The translations under genes were made by a program, and so were the position numbers. This document shows positions 62,820 to 64,000 of a DNA stretch of 64,000 nt, in pieces. The DNA comes from Raillietiella orientalis (Eukaryota), in contig JAYWIR010000023.1 of the NCBI GenBank assembly GCA_036172245.1, positions 1,426,001 to 1,490,000 on the forward strand. The letters run 5' to 3'. The notes under the pieces were generated by a model, which was not told the DNA's origin, did not search any database, and saw nothing but the letters and a program-made list of their open reading frames with translations. Every line of letters begins with the position of its first letter. Positions within the stretch are counted from its first letter, which is position 1.

Positions 62820-63480
62820 CGAGAATCGTAATCTGGACATCAAAGCAGCTGCGGATGCTGCTTTCAGATTTTCCATCACGTGGGATGTTTCTGATTGAAA
62901 GGCTTGTTGGCAAGTGACTCGCGAAAGCTGATACTGGGCGAAGCAGACCAAAGTGGCGGTGATTCAGTGGCTTCGTGGAAACGTTCCGTTCGGCCATGTC
63001 CGTTTCCCCAAGTCCTTCCGTATCCGTCGGATTCGCTGAACTCCTGTTCCGTCCCGGTTTCCATTTTCTCATCTCCTTATTTAGGAAACTGCGCCTCCGT
63101 TGCATCTGTGGCGCTCCCCACGTGAACTTGCTTCGGGCGACTCTTTCCCCGTTCTTCCTCCCGCAATGCCGTGCAGTTTCACCCTGATTTACATCTGGGG
63201 AAAACGTCCCTCTCCGTGACTTTCACCGTCTGCAGGGACCTCGTTCCTCCCGCGCTGCACCGGGAACCGCACTCGTCTCCGGGCCACCTGCACCTTCGTA
63301 ACCTGCGTTCCGTTGGGAGGTGCGTAGGGGACGGGTGGGTTTGGGACTCTGGTTGTGTCCACCCGGTGAACTCCCTCACGGGTCAGGCATTTGCGAGCCC
63401 GAGTGCATTTGCAGCCGCAGAGAAAACGAGATCGCAGCACACAAAGCGTTGCGAGTTGCCATCCCTCTTTACGAGCACTC
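62820..63480 (+). mobile_element. LINE reverse transcriptase relic
   Basis: 'LDIKAAAD' (cf. LDIKAAFD), 'PFPQV', and 'GKTSLSVTF...PPAL...RSVG....GWVW' (cf. KT..V.F...P.L...K.LG...D..L.W). Confidence 0.5.
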
Positions 63481-64000
63481 GGCAACTCGTGGAACCAAGG
63501 TGAACCGTTTTTCCGAGCAGCAGCAGCAGCAGCAGTGGCTTCAGAGCATGAACGCTTCCTGCTTTCCTCTTTTTTTCTTCCTCTTCTTCTTTTTTCTTTT
63601 TTATACCCAAGTGGAGTCCAGGTTTGCAGTTCAGAGATCATTTCACGAGAAGTTTATGAAAGGAACGCTGGCAGACATGTGAGGATTTATGCAATGGTAC
63701 GTGCTACTTGGCATCCATGTTCTTCCCGTCAAATCGAGCAGTCCCGCTTGCGCAAAAGTAAAGTTCGCAATCTCGGAGCATTTGCATAATCATCGTTAAG
63801 AATCGTTTCCGCAAATCTTGGTTTGCTCGAATGACACGTAGGCGTCATGCAATTTTCACAAAAGGCAGGAATGAATGGACAGGACCCACATTTGTTAAAG
63901 AATACAGCGAAAAATTAGATTAACACCGAGTGTAAACCGAGAAAGCGACGAGTCTGGTAAGAAGAAGAAGAAGCAGAGCAAACGTTTCGGATTACGAGAG

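Noticed and set aside
20900..63130. Scattered CACGTG E-boxes as an autoregulatory array
   Set aside because: The number noticed is close to the roughly 16 expected by chance in 64 kb, with no clear clustering.
63330..63370. 'WVWDSGC' as a Copia protease motif
   Set aside because: The upstream context fits LINE RT better, and no Copia integrase or gag motifs are nearby.
1..64000. CRISPR arrays, operons, tRNA/rRNA/snRNA genes
   Set aside because: No regular repeat-spacer structure or recognisable structural RNA gene was seen; the sequence is intron-rich and eukaryotic.

Overview
Eukaryotic genomic DNA, probably arthropod (chelicerate-like; inferred, not established). The window holds the 5' part of one spliced + strand gene encoding a bHLH-PAS transcription factor most similar to the juvenile-hormone receptor Methoprene-tolerant (Met). 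Five phase-compatible GT-AG exons (31877-32016, 37182-37348, 48744-48823, 53229-53318, 59637-59730) join into 176 aa covering the N-terminus, bHLH and the first half of PAS-A; the gene continues past the window. A CpG-rich island at about 12.5-15.5 kb contains a candidate non-coding first exon ending at a perfect AG|GTAAGT donor (14541). Most of the rest is heavily decayed transposon relics (BEL/Pao, Ty3/Gypsy, RLE-type non-LTR, LINE, Penelope, hAT, P/THAP9-like), recognised only by eye from degenerate motifs, with approximate boundaries. The long ORFs in the supplied track are GC-rich artefacts. I found no convincing wholly new biological system; the best leads are the divergent Met-like receptor and its 5' architecture.
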